A stretch of DNA of 64,000 nt, taken from contig JAFMPO010000001.1 in NCBI GenBank assembly GCA_017654855.1, positions 620,001-684,000 of the forward strand, given 5' to 3'. A program made the position numbers and the translations under genes. Shown here piece after piece: positions 1 to 12,208 of this stretch. How positions within the stretch are numbered: position 1 is the first letter of the stretch; each line of letters begins with the position of its first letter. The notes beneath the pieces are model-generated. The model was not told where the DNA came from. It saw nothing but the letters and a program-made list of their open reading frames with translations, and did not search any database. The DNA comes from Podospora anserina (lineage: Eukaryota).

Positions 1-2424
1 CGCCGCCCGGCTCCTCCAGACGGACGCCATTGAGAGAGCTCTGGAGGTGAGGATGACCAAGCTTCCAGATTTTGATGATGAGATCGTATGTCGTGTCGCG
101 GCTCGCAAAAGAGGCAAAGATATGCTTGGCATGTAGAGTAGAAATCTCCAGGCCGTTCTTGAACACCAGCGCCGTACTCCGCTTTTCAACTGAGACAATC
201 TCGTCAAAGCTCATCACCAGCGTCGTCACCCAGCCCAAGATATTGCTGCTAAAGCAGAGGTGTCCCTCTGAGATGTATAACCGGCCATGAGCGAGGATTT
301 CACGCTGCAGAGCACAGCTGTAGTCCTCAATCAGGTAATCGTCATCGGGCACGCTTTTGAAAAGGTTATGAAAGTCACGGTTGCGCTTCTTAGTAGCGAC
401 AGCAAATCCAGTAAGTTTCGGGGTGCTTCCCGCAGCATTCGGGTTAGCCACCGAAGAGTTGGCAGCTGAAATAGCAGCGCCTATGGCGCTCCCAGATGTG
501 TTGTGTGTAGCTATGCTGCTGCCTCGCTTCCTGCGGTGACCAAGAGCACTGCGAATGCTTCCGCTCCGGTGAACCCCTGATCTACCCTCATATACACTCC
601 CTGCTGGTGGCGTGCGATCTCCGTTGGCAGAATACACCGATCTCGGCCGCGAAAGATGCGACTCGTCCACAATTTCCGTCACAGCGGGATGGGGGTCCGG
701 GGCTGAATCTGATCGATTTCGTGGATCAGGATCCGCAAATTTTGAGGCCACAGGACTAGGAGCATTGCTCGGTGTCTCGGAAATACCGAGCTGGCTAAGA
801 CTGAGATCGCCCATGCCTAGCGTTTTAACGGCTGGCTCCTGGGATTCTGAAGACAGATCAGGAATGGATGAGGATTCAACCTCGACGCCGTCCTGCTGCT
901 GTTGTTGCTGTTGTGTGCTGTCGGTTTCCTGAGACGGTGTACCGGCCCTAGACTTCGTCCCGGGAGCTAGATTCGCCGTTGATATGGTGCTACTGAGCGA
1001 GTTGGCAGTATTTTGGACTGCTGAGAACATGGACGAAAAGAACGTGGCAGCTGGGTTTGGTGAAACTGGCCCAGCTTCCGGCGTTGGCGTGAGAGGGGCG
1101 GATGTTATCGTTGACAGCTTGCTTGGGCCTGCATTTGACCCCGCTCTTCTTCGTTGCGTTATCATATTCCCCACGGGAGACGCATTCGCCGGACGACGAG
1201 GGCTGCTGCTAGTCGCCACGATGACGGGCAGCTGAGGATCGGTTGGTGTGGGAGGGGTATTCACGATCACTGGCGGAGTCGGCTCTCCATGTGGCGGAGT
1301 CTGTGGTGTTCGCGGCGGGGCTTTCAGAGGTTCCAACGTCGGACCGCGTGAAAGGGCACGGTTTCGGCCGGTCGAGACTTTGGCTTCAGACTCTGGGTTG
1401 ACCGCTGGCGAAGACTCGGGCACAGTCTTCTCGTCACTGGAACTCTTTTCCGAACCCCTTTTCGAGCGGAATACGTCTCTGAGTCGGTTTCCAGATGTAG
1501 ACCTTTTCGGTGGATCGGAATCGGGATGCAGGAGGTTATGGGTTCGGGACTTTCTCAGCGAAGGGGTAGACTCCAGACTGTCCGAGGAGTCTTGCGGCAA
1601 AGTCGAAGATCGGGTCGATAATCCGGAGATTTCAGAAGACAGGACGTCTGAGGTTTGCGACTCTGGCTTGTATTTCTCCTGCACGAGGGGCGAGGATGTA
1701 GTTAGGTGCCCGATCTGGGACAGGTGGACTGAGATGGCGGTGGGACGGGTGTCTGGCCTAGCGAGCGAATGTCACGGGTGTCAGTTGAGGTTATAGGTGA
1801 ATAACACAAATGAAAACAAAACAATGCGAGAGGAGCGTGTATCCGGAAGAACCGGTAATTATCAACGTGAGTTGGGAGAGGCTGATGACGACGGCCAACG
1901 ACGAGCAGCAGAAACGCCGCCTGTGGGAGGCACAGGTTGGTTGACGACGAGAGCCAAGAGGTCAGGTAGGTGGTGAGCTGGATGTGGACCGGAGCTCCGC
2001 ATACGCCAATAGGTGCCCGGGCCCGCTTCCCTAGCAGGTGCTAATACGAAGTAGCTTTCCGTAAAATTATAGGCGGGATCCTCACTGAAGAGCCGCCAAG
2101 AGGTCTCGACAAGGCTGGACAAATTGCATGACGAGGCCCTGTTGAAGGGGTAAAAGGGGCGAAATCAAGGACAGAGAGAGACACTCACGATGCTGTGTCA
2201 GACTCGAACGAAATCAAATCGGTATTGTCCTCGCTGAGCTGGCTGTCGGTGCGGCGCAGAGAGCTGGTTTCGCCGACAGGGGCATTGGAATTGTCTGGTC
2301 CTCTGTGTGGCGCGACATCATCGTTGCTGGTGCTGCTGTAAATGGACGAGGCCTTGTTTCGCCGCCGTTTTGCCGCAATGGCCTTTGGCAATAGCTTTCC
2401 CAGTCCGTTTGAGGTGCCGTCCAT
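1..2424 (-). CDS. GRAM-domain LAM/Ysp2-family membrane-contact-site sterol-transfer protein (3' part lies beyond the window start)
   Basis: Exon 1 is 2424-2189 (MDGTSNGLGKLL...; donor GTGAGT). The intron is 2188-1758 (branch ACTGAC, acceptor TAG). Exon 2 runs from 1757 to the window edge. The minus-strand translation near 420-60 gives KLTGFAVATKKRNRDFHNLFKSVPDDDYLIEDYSCALQREILAHGRLYISEGHLCFSSNILGWVTTLVMSFDEIVSVEKRSTALVFKNG, a typical GRAM domain. Confidence 0.88.
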
Positions 2425-3095
2425 TTTTATCTGCCAGTGCAGCACCTCACGCAAGCTGGATCGCGGTCTATGGTTTTGGAGGAGGTGGACTTGCTGCGCG
2501 TTGCTAGTGCTATGCGTACTGTGGTGTAGAGAGGCGGGGAATAGAGTTGCGAGAACTTGCTGTTTAGATACGAAGGGGCGGATAATGGTAGCTCTCCCGT
2601 TTGCCTATGATGACATTGTCATAAGCCGAGATGCCAAGAAGCAGCAACTTGGATCAATCCAACGCTTTGAACGACGAGAAGGCGGCTGAGGGTTGGCCTT
2701 GTTGAAAATGCTGCAATTTGCACTGGATGAAAAGTGTCTTTACTCGGAAGCTTATGATGTTTCAAATCCGAGATTAATAATTAATCGACGAGGGAGTAAC
2801 GCCCCCTCTTTGTGGAAGCTGTTACGAAGGCTGTCCTGGGGTTGGTTCCATCCCAATGCGACAACTTGTGCTGCACGCTGCTGTCGTATTGCACCGGGTC
2901 GCTGCGATAAGATAAGCATCCGCGCCAATCCTCCAGCCCTACGTGCCTGTGGACGCCTTTCGCCGGCCGGCTCCTGATGTCCACTGAGCAGATCATCCAC
3001 CCCGCCAATCCGTCATCGTGAATATCTCCATCCGTCGCAGTGTCACCCACTTCCCACACTTGCTCTTTTTCTGATATGCGCCGCGCGCCTCCCCC

Positions 3096-4823
3096 ATGAT
3101 GGAGTCCGCCGCGCTCACAAAGGTATGCTTGTTCTCGATCTCATGAATAGGCAAACAGACAGTTAGCTATTGACACTGATTACCCAAGGCACACGACCAT
3201 GCCCGCGCTGCATCCATCGCTACACAAACATCCGACACCACTGTTGCCGTTACGGAACATGCGCAGGCTGCTGGCGAGTTCGCTAACGCGGCTAAGGGGA
3301 CGACGAGCATCGAGGCTTTGCGCATGCTGAGCTTGTTGGAGCAACACCATAAGCGGCTGTCCGAGTTGCTGAAGTTACCCCTAGGACTCCCCAGCCAGAA
3401 TAGTATCGACAGCGATACTGCCGAGGCAGACGAGAAAGATTCTACAGATCACGACGATGTCAAAACTGCAACATCTTCCAAGGCTTCAGCTGCTGCTCCT
3501 GGATCTGCCCATGCGACAAAGCCCATCCCCACGCTGTCTCATCAACGGTACCCTGGGCGAAATCTGTCATCCTCCATAGCAAACAACTTGGCATCCGCTC
3601 GAGGAATTCGATCAAAGTATCCCAGCCAGCCTCTGACACCCAGCGTTTCCAACGACCAGGCTCCTGGAAGTTTGGAAGTGCATCCCCGCAGGGAGGGCTC
3701 CACGAGAGGCTCCAGAACCCCGGATTCTCTGGACCACTCACGCAAGCCAGGCTGGGTTCCCCCTGTCATTGCAGAAGATGCATCTCATGAGCCCAACAAG
3801 GTCGAACAGACTACCGGCAGTTCGACCCCTAGCGAGGAGGGCTTCTCCAGGTTTTATAGCACATTTGGCACTTTGATCAATCGTCTCTCCGCGCCCCTCG
3901 CCTTCGCCGGGCTGCCATTAATCTCGGAGGAGTCATCAGTCACCTCTGATCAGACCAGCCCCGTCCGCCCCCCAGAACCCACCCCTCCACGAAAGCGCCA
4001 ATGGACCGCGCATCCCCCAACGACGACCACTGCTACTACCGAACCTGATCTCAAAAAGATATACTCCCGCGCGGCCCTCCGATCCCTCCCTCGAGATCCG
4101 AGTGCTGCCGACTCTTTTTATTTTGTCCCTACGAGCGGGCATACCGTATCTTACGCTAGCATCCTTCATCATGAAACGAAAGAACGTCGTCGTCTTGCAG
4201 CCTCCATACACCGCGATCCCAACAGCCTAGAGGATGACGACGAAGACGACTTTGTTGACGCACAAGAGATCCAGATACCTCCTCAACTTGGCTCTCGCAG
4301 ACCACCGTCTCTACTATCATCACACTCGGGCAAATCTCGGGCAACAAACGAAAAAGACCATCTTAAAAATGTTGTCGAGGAGCTCCAACTCGAGAACGCT
4401 TCGCTCAAGGACGCCCTGGATAGAGTGAGCAAACGTCTACACGCGTTCGAACTCAACAGCCAGAGTTCCCACCTGGCGTTGGCACAAAGCTTACGGTTGC
4501 AAAGACCCGGATCGCCAATGAGTGCTTCGAGCGGTGGTGGGTACGGACATTTGCCCCCAGGTGGAGGTTCAGGAGAGGAAGCGGCTCTGAAGAAGAGGAA
4601 CGCGGAGTTGGAGGAGCAGCTGGCTGAGCTGACAAAGAGGATGGTGGCCAGGGAGAAAGATTATGACAGGCTAGAGCAGACAGTAGAGAAATACAGGGAT
4701 AGGTGGGAGAAATTGAAAGCTGGGGCCAAGGCGAGGAGGGAGGCGCAAAGTGGTCCTTCGACTGCTGGAGCTGGTACTGCCGGCGATAGAGGAGAGGGGG
4801 CGGTAAATGTGTCTAAAAGATGA
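3096..4823 (+). CDS. Atg38/NRBF2-like protein (N-terminal MIT-like domain, C-terminal coiled coil)
   Basis: Exon 3096-3122 (MMESAALTK), intron 3123-3188 (GTATGC...AAG), exon 3189-4823 in frame with the 501-aa ORF. The N-terminus AHDHARAA...EHAQAAGEFANAAKGTTSIEALRMLSLLEQHH resembles the NRBF2/Atg38 MIT pattern. The C-terminus has heptad coiled coils. The gene is confident; the name is tentative. Confidence 0.65.
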
Positions 4824-5862
4824 TGGAGCTTTTTGGGATGGTGGTTGAGGCAGCATGTTTGTGATATCATTTTCCCTGGAGCGGATATAGCCAATATATG
4901 AACTTGCAATGATTTCTTGCCTAGCGCTGATGTAAACGTTGATTACTGAACATAAAGACGACGAGATCACTTGGAGGAATAGCATTCTTCTTGAACCGTT
5001 CTGAAATTTTATGTTGTCTAATCGACAAAAACTTCAGCATCGTTTGTGCCTAGACCCTCCATTCCCCTGAATTCTTGGCAGGGGGTGGATGTTGGTTGCC
5101 ATGCAGCAGCGCAAGTCACTCCCGTTGTAGGCTCTTTTCATTTCTGTTTTGTTTTCTTCTCTCCCTTCCTGTCCTCTTCATCCCTTCCTGCTCACCAACC
5201 CTAACTCGCTTTCCTCCTCTTGAATAAACCCATGTCCCTAAAGCAACTGTTGCCCTATCCCATCCTGCTTTTCCCAACCTCTCCCAAAGGCCAATCGACC
5301 TATGCAGCAACGAATACCACCATTCTCCTAGTCTTATAAATACTTGAAGAGAAACGATAAGAATTGTAGGTTGTATGAAAACATGACAAAATCAAAAGAC
5401 AGAAAAAGTGCGGGAAAACTTCAGGCTAAAAGGTGATACAGCAAAAGGGTAGCAAAAAAAGACGAAAAATAGGGATGTTGATACTATCTACATATAAATC
5501 CTCCACAACACAATTCAATTATCTTCGCTTTCCGTCGTCGTGGCCCTCATCCCATCTAGGTGTCGTAATGCAACTGTCTTTCCCACCGCTGTCTTTCGAT
5601 CTCTTCTCACTCCTTTGATGCCCTCCTCTTTTCCTTTTCGTTATCTTTTCGCCCCCCCTCAAAAACATCGCATGCATTTCAATATCCCTCCACCAGCTAC
5701 CTGATATACCACCCGTCATAAATCCTCCACTCCTGCGCCCAAGAGACGAATTCGAAAATATATGCACAGACACATCCCAATCCGCAAAATGTTTCCCCCT
5801 TGTCCACCGCGAGAATCCCCCCTGACACCAATCCTATAAGTCCACCCATACCCGCAGCGTAT

Positions 5863-8800
5863 CTACCCAGAGAAGTGGAACTGGGTCGCCTCCAACTGTC
5901 CTAGACCATCCCGAGGCGCCACATACCGGCGGCGGTATGTGTTGGTAAAGTCCTGCATCAGAATACGGATCTGTCTCCGGTCGGAATCTGATCCGCTGAG
6001 TTTCTCCTTAATCTTGCTGAGAAGGCGGTTGGCTTCCACGGGCGTGACGGTTCCCGCGGGAAGCATTCGGATGGTGCTCTCAACCCACGCAGCTGTCTCC
6101 TGAGGAAGGAGCTGGAACATGTGCAGCAAGACGCCGCTACCATCGGCGAAACAGTCGCTGGGGAAGGTGAACATCATGCCCGCCATGGTCTGTTTGATCA
6201 GCGCTCCGCCCTGCTCGAGCAGGAGTTGTTTGACAATCTGGCGAAGCTGGGCGCCGGCTGTTCCAAGGGCATCACTGGAAGTGGCTGGGTTTGGCCCACC
6301 GTATGTGAGGAGATCGCGGATGTAGTGAAGGGCTGCCGAAACGGGCTCCTGCTTCTCCAGGGACAAAGCCGAGATAGCAGCCTGAAAGATAGGGGTGAAG
6401 AGCGGAGAGGGAATAAGTTTGGTGGGATAATAAAGAAGGGCATCGATGAGCAGGCGGTAAAAGTCCTCAATGACATCTGGGAGATCGATAGGCTTAATAT
6501 CGCTCATAGTGCGGAGAACATTTGTCGCCTGCGCCTCGAAGAAGACATAGATGTCGTTAGTAATGCCATCTTCAACGTGTTCTCTGTCCTCTGAAAACTC
6601 CCTCAAGACTGCACTGGTGGCCCAGAGGAAGCACCCCTGCTTCGATGCGGCAAACCCTTCAGCCAACTTGTTGGCCAATGGTCCGAGAAGAGGGGTGATG
6701 GCGGTTCTGTAAGAAATCACCATGTTCCGCCAGCACCGGCACACACGCTCGCAAATTGGGATGAACGTGATGAAGTTATCCAGGATGGTTGACAGAATCG
6801 GGAACACCTCTTGCCAGTACTTGACCGCAGGATTCTCCTGATCACTGGGAATATATGGCACCACGTATTGTGCAAAGTTAGTAAGGAGGTTGATGTGATC
6901 TGACAACCATGTTAGTGCTAATCCAGACAGGTGTCGCGCAAGGAGAACGTACCAGCAAGATCAACCTTGGATTTCTCGTCCGTTGCTTGGTTGGCCTTGA
7001 CCATCAGCCGGTTGATCAAGGGGTCGCAGTACAGCTTGAGCAAGCGGTAAATTTCCTCTGGCTTTTGAACACCAAGGACGACAGCGACGCCCTCAGTAAC
7101 CTCCTCCTTGCTAGGCATAGGAAGCTTGTCAAGGATGCCGTCGTAAAAAGCCTGCAGCTGGATCACCTGCGGGCTGAGCAGGGTCTTACAATCAGTGCAA
7201 AAGTACTTGAAAGACTGAGCCGCAGCGCGCAGAATCTCCTGCGAGTCAGCTTGAAAGGAAGAGACGATATACTGGAATTGAGACTCGAGAAACTCCGGAT
7301 GGGCCGCAGTCCATTCGGTATAGCGGCCAAAAACCATGATGGCCGCGAATCGAAGCTTCTCGTTGCTCACGGGGATCTGCACCAAAAGCGGGAAGATTTG
7401 GGGAAGGACAGAACTGTCACCATTATCCACCATGCGTCCCATAGCACGCATGGCAAAAAGGGGTGCCTCCAACGATTGCCAGTGGGGAACAGAAGTGGGA
7501 GTGGCAAGGCCTCCAAACTTCTCCTGCCACAATTTGATGGCGTCGTAGACCTTGGTAAGGCATGCCGAGACCCCCATCACCTCGCAGGAATCTTTCAGCG
7601 TATCTCCCATATGATGGCGGAACTCTCTGAATTTCTCCTCTTGCTCACGATCGCCGTCGAAGAGGTCAACATTGTTGGGGTCGTCCGATGCTGGATACTC
7701 GAGCTGTTTCAACAGGATGTCGACCAGCTGGGCAAAGACGTCCACGAGCTGCACACGAGCCTCCATGTAATGGTCCAGAGTCAGGTACTGCTTGAGCTCG
7801 TACCAAAAGTTGAAGGTATAGTGGAGCACGTCCTTCTCCTTGTCTCTGGCGCAACATTCAAGAAGACAGTCCACAATAGGGCGGAAGTGTTGAGGGTCGC
7901 GAGCAACCAGCAAGGCCCAAGACTCACCAGCCTCGGCGAAGACGCGGGTGATCGCCTTGAATCCCTCGGTATCGTCCTCGTCGACGAGAGCCTGAATGCG
8001 TGGCCTGAGCTCAAGAAGCCTCGGAAGGAGGAGGGCAATCGTATCGCGGTTGTCATCCACCTCCTTCGTCTCTCGGCAAATCACAGTAAGGCAGTCAGCA
8101 GCAGCCAAAAGCGAGTTGTCGTTGGCCACTCCATGTAAAACCGCACTCATGAGAGGAGAGCTGACCACAACACCCACGGGCACCTCACGCAACCATGAAC
8201 TGATGCAGTCGAAAAGCTGAGGGTTGGTAGCCGCAGCAGCTGCCCAAGTCGTCAGCGAGGAACCACAAGAGTCATCCAGGGGCCAAACCAGATGGGGAAA
8301 CTTACGAGAAGACTGTGCATAGTTGATAAGCAGTTGCACCACCTGCTCAGCATTGTCCCCCAGCAGTTCCGATGTCCTCTGGGAGAGTTCTTCTTCCTGT
8401 CATGACCCAATTAGATACTGATCCCAGGCCGATCCACCAAAAACGGAATGTCGCGAGGTAAAGATAGAGGCAGAGGCGTGTCGCAAGATATCGGTCCACA
8501 TACAGAGAGGGTGATTTTTCGTCCTTCCGTGACTTCTTCTGGAAGGACACGGAGGAAATCCAGGATGCAGGCGTGGCTTGTGACGTCGTTCCCAAGAGTT
8601 GATACAACGGTGGGCAAAACATCCTTCCATGTCTGCATCTGGATTGCCAAGATTGCGAGGCAGACACAAAGCTGAACCCGCACCGGCTTAGGGCCGGGCG
8701 CATATTTCTTGAGCAGCAACAGGATCTGGCTGCGCAGGGCTGGGAGGTCGCCCTCGGACACCTGAGTTGCGAGGTCATATGTGATCTTGGAGTCCAGTCA

Positions 8801-9153
8801 GCTTCGGTTCACCACAGCCTGATGTTTCTTGCCAGGGGTCGTCTAGTGTGCATGTATTCGTACCTTGCCCTTCAGGGTTGTTGCCGCGAAGAGCTGTGCT
8901 TCGGCCTCGGTCGAGCTCTGAAGTATCGAGATTGTTGTTGTCCAGGCGGCTTTCTATGATGTTAGGGCCAGGTTAGCATGGTGCACTGATTCGGCATGCC
9001 CCTTGATATGAGCCTATCACTCACAGACTTCTGGAACTTGGCCAGATAATCGGCGGCCTGCTTCTTCTTGTCATTATCCCCGCTCCGCATGGTCAGCATG
9101 GCCTGCAGCACACTGCCGACGGCAAAAGCGTCCTCCACGCCATTCGAAGCCAT
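5863..9153 (-). CDS. MTR10: Importin-beta family karyopherin Mtr10 / transportin-SR
   Basis: Six exons splice in frame with GT-AG introns: 9153-9025, 8953-8864, 8785-8504, 8396-8306, 8239-6953 and 6899-5863. Motifs seen: ADYLAKFQKS..AW, QLFAATTLKGKITYDL, DFLRVLPEEV, EEKFREFRHHMGDTLKD, LEAPLFAMRAMG, LRFAAIMVFGRYTEW and PDVIEDFYRL. Confidence 0.93.
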
Positions 9154-9830
9154 GACGAGAGCGTTGCGACGGTCGCTTGAGGGTGGTGGAGGAGGAGGGT
9201 GGATGGTTCACTGTCCAGTTGGTGGGGTTGGATGAGGCAGCTGTTGTTGAAGCCGCAAAAGACGTATGCGAAGATGGCCCCTCCCTCCAAATTATAGCGG
9301 CAGTAGATAGCTTTCCTGGCGTGGTGCGTCTGGCGGTTGCTGGTGAAAAGCTCGGTTCTTCGCGCGGAGAGGAAGGAGGCGCCGCTTGATTAGGCGGGGT
9401 TCGCGGGGGGGTGGAAGATGATCGCAAGGTTTGGTTCACGGGCAAAAGCTTGGTGTTGTTCGGAAGGTGGGATGGGTCCTTTGTTTTAGACTTTCTTTGG
9501 CGACGTCGGTCCCTCATGCAAGCAAAAGAGAAACGTCAGGCTGCCCGACAAACCGCCCCCACCATGAACGAAGCCAATTGCAGTGGGACGCCGCGGCTTG
9601 CCTGTGGAAGAGAAAAGGAGGGGGAGTGGGCACGGACCGTCTGTTAGTGGTCCTCCGGGTCTTGGCCTTAGGCCTGGCAGCTCCGCCAGATGGATTTCTT
9701 TGGGCGAATTTCACGACACGCTTGAGCGCGACAAGTCTTAAAAACACCAGCTTACCGCAACCGCACCTCCCACCGCAATCGCATCCATCCACACAGCAGC
9801 TCCACGCCAACAACCCGTTCACACTACACA

Positions 9831-10302
9831 ATGACTGGAAGAGGAGGAGGTGGTGGTCGCCGGGTTCTGCTCCCACCAATCAACTTTCTTTTCAAACTCC
9901 TGCAGCAGAGAACACCAGTCCAAATCTGGCTCTACGAGCAGCTCTCGATCCGCATCATTGGCATTATCCGTGTATGTGGCTCCTTCTTATCCTCTGTCTA
10001 TCGCATCCATGCGCTAACCCTCTCTTTTTCGTTGCAGGGCTTCGACGAATTCATGAACCTGGTTGTAAGTCTGGCGCATACCAATACAACATATCCAATC
10101 GTGACCTGACACTGTACCCCTTAGATCGACGATGCCGTGGAGGTCAAACAAATCTCCAAGACGAACGACACAGAAACGAGAAGAAATTTGGGGGTACGTT
10201 GAGATGTTCCTCCTGCAGCGGGCGATTCTTGTGCTGACTAGACTCCAGCAAATTCTCCTCAAGGGCGACAATGTGTCCCTCATCCAGAGCTATTCAGGGT
10301 GA
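9831..10302 (+). CDS. SME1: Small nuclear ribonucleoprotein SmE
   Basis: Exons 9831-9971, 10038-10064, 10125-10193 and 10249-10302 give MTGRGGGGGRRVLLPPINFLFKLLQQRTPVQIWLYEQLSIRIIGIIRGFDEFMNLVIDDAVEVKQISKTNDTETRRNLGQILLKGDNVSLIQSYSG*. This contains the Sm1 (GFDEFMNLV) and Sm2 (ILLKGDNV) motifs. Confidence 0.97.
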
Positions 10303-10479
10303 AGGGTTGAGTTTCATAGAGGGCGGGAATGGCCGGGAGATGGGTATAATTTTGTTTCGATTGTCTACATATGTCGGGGTTGGCAAGAGAAAAAGACGTT
10401 ACACGATTTGGGATACCAGAGGGAAAGCGGGACAGGCAGGCGCACGGCAACCGATTGGCGCGGGACTATCAGACTGTTT

Positions 10480-11267
10480 TTATTTTGCAGCTGGAGGGCT
10501 TTTGATCTCGCCATTCCCGAGAATGAGCCCGTCCAGAGGTTGATCAAAAGGACCAACAGGTACTGCCCCCTCGGACGGAGACAGGAACTGTTCAGACAGG
10601 GCTAAGCCATATAGCAATACAGGAGACTCTTGTTGCCCTAGCTCAGCCGACTTTGCGCTGTGTCGGCTCAAGAAGTAGTCATAAAACCCTTTGCCATGCC
10701 CAAGCCGCCTGATGGCGCCGTTGTTAGGATCGATGTCAAATGCAACCCCCGGCATGAGAATGAGGTCGAGCAGAGTGCTTTGCGAGTGCTGGGCGTCCGG
10801 GCCACCAAAGACTCTCTGTCTCTCGTGTACGGTGGCTGGGTTGATGCTTGGGATGCCCCATCTGTCTGGCGTCAGGCCTTCATAATCTGCCAAGTCTTTA
10901 AGACGCACCATATCCATGACCCGCACGGGAAGAGCTGGAGATGTGGCTGGGTTTTTATGAAGGTAGGGCACGAAAACTTCCTTTCCGGAGGCTAAAGCGT
11001 GTCTGACGATGGCGTCTGTCTGAATTTCGCCGCCTGGCATGGACAGAAAGACACTGACTCGTTTGGCCTTGACAAAAGGCGGAAAGGTTTTGAGCTTGTT
11101 GAACACGACCAAGCCTGAACAGCAATCAGTTTTACAATACCGCGTGTGTGGCTTCAGTTACGGGTCGGCATCCTACTCTGTGAGAGAACAGACTCGGGAG
11201 TCATGGCCTGGAGCTTGTGCTTCATAGCCGTCCGAAGTTGTTGCTTGGCGGCGTTGAGGGACGCCAT
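10480..11267 (-). CDS. FAU1: 5-formyltetrahydrofolate cyclo-ligase (methenyl-THF synthetase)
   Basis: Exon 11267-11177 (MASLNAAKQQLRTAMK...), intron 11176-11115, exon 11114-10480. Motifs seen: FLSMPGGEIQT, WGIP, LDLILMPGVAFD and RRLGHGKGFYD. Confidence 0.93.
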
Positions 11268-12208
11268 CGCAAATTCATCTGTTACTGCGCCTTCGGGCAT
11301 TGAAGTTAATGCTTGAAGTCTCTTGGTGTGTTTCGATGTCAAGATTGCTGAATGCGGATATGCGATTTCCTTCCCAGCTTTCTCCAAAACCCCCAGCTGG
11401 TTCCCAGTGATGCTGGAGAACGTTGAGATTGAGGCTGATAAAGAGGCGCTAGGAGCTCCGTTCGGGAAGGACGGCTGCGTGTTGGCAATTCAAGGCTTGG
11501 CCTGATTCGGGATCGGGAGTCTTCAACCCCAAGCGTCTGATATGTCGTCAGAGTGCAGCCGCCCATGCTTCTTGGCCGGAAGCATTAAAACAAGCCTTTC
11601 GTAGCTGCGTTCTCTCCACCAACCAAGCCTGTCTCCTAACTAAAGTTCTCGCCGTTATTCAACCCTCATATACTTCATGAACTAGTCGGCCATGAGTGTT
11701 TGTGTTTTTCAGCCTTCCGGATGCCCAGTACAATTCCGAGGAGGCAGCGGATAGAGCCGCCATATCAGATCCACTGGAGATGGCCTGAGCGGGGCACATC
11801 TGGAGGTTGCGGCAAGTGATGGATTCCTGGCCGGTTTTTCTCTACAAAACTCGGATGCAATCCCCAAACCCCAAACTACCACAGCCATCTCGCTCAATAG
11901 AGACTCGGCTGGAAGTGCGCACTCGGTGGCTCTAACTGGCTCTGTGTAGCACACATCCATCTTGAGATATCAGATCGGAGGCGGGGCGGACCTGCAGGAC
12001 ACTTATCCAGCCGTTTGGATCTGATCTGTCCCGGACTCCCGTACCCTCCAACCCATTGTTAACGTGCCTCTCGTGTTTTCTCACACCCGTCATTGAGACC
12101 CGGGAACCCCCATCGCCCCGCAGTCGCGTGGGTTACGCCTGCCAGACTGGTAAATGCCCTCGAATCACCTGCATCTCTATCCCAGAGAGGCAGGGCAAAG
12201 ACAGGCAT

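Noticed and set aside
612..1796. Plus-strand ORFs (106, 83 and 182 aa)
   Set aside because: They are antisense shadows of the GRAM/LAM exon; the poly-Cys stretch is the reverse of a poly-Gln tract.
6909..8138. 409-aa plus-strand ORF
   Set aside because: It lies antisense over a codon-biased MTR10 exon and has no domain features.
9431..10237. 268-aa ORF overlapping SmE
   Set aside because: It crosses the promoter and SmE introns; the spliced SmE model explains the region.
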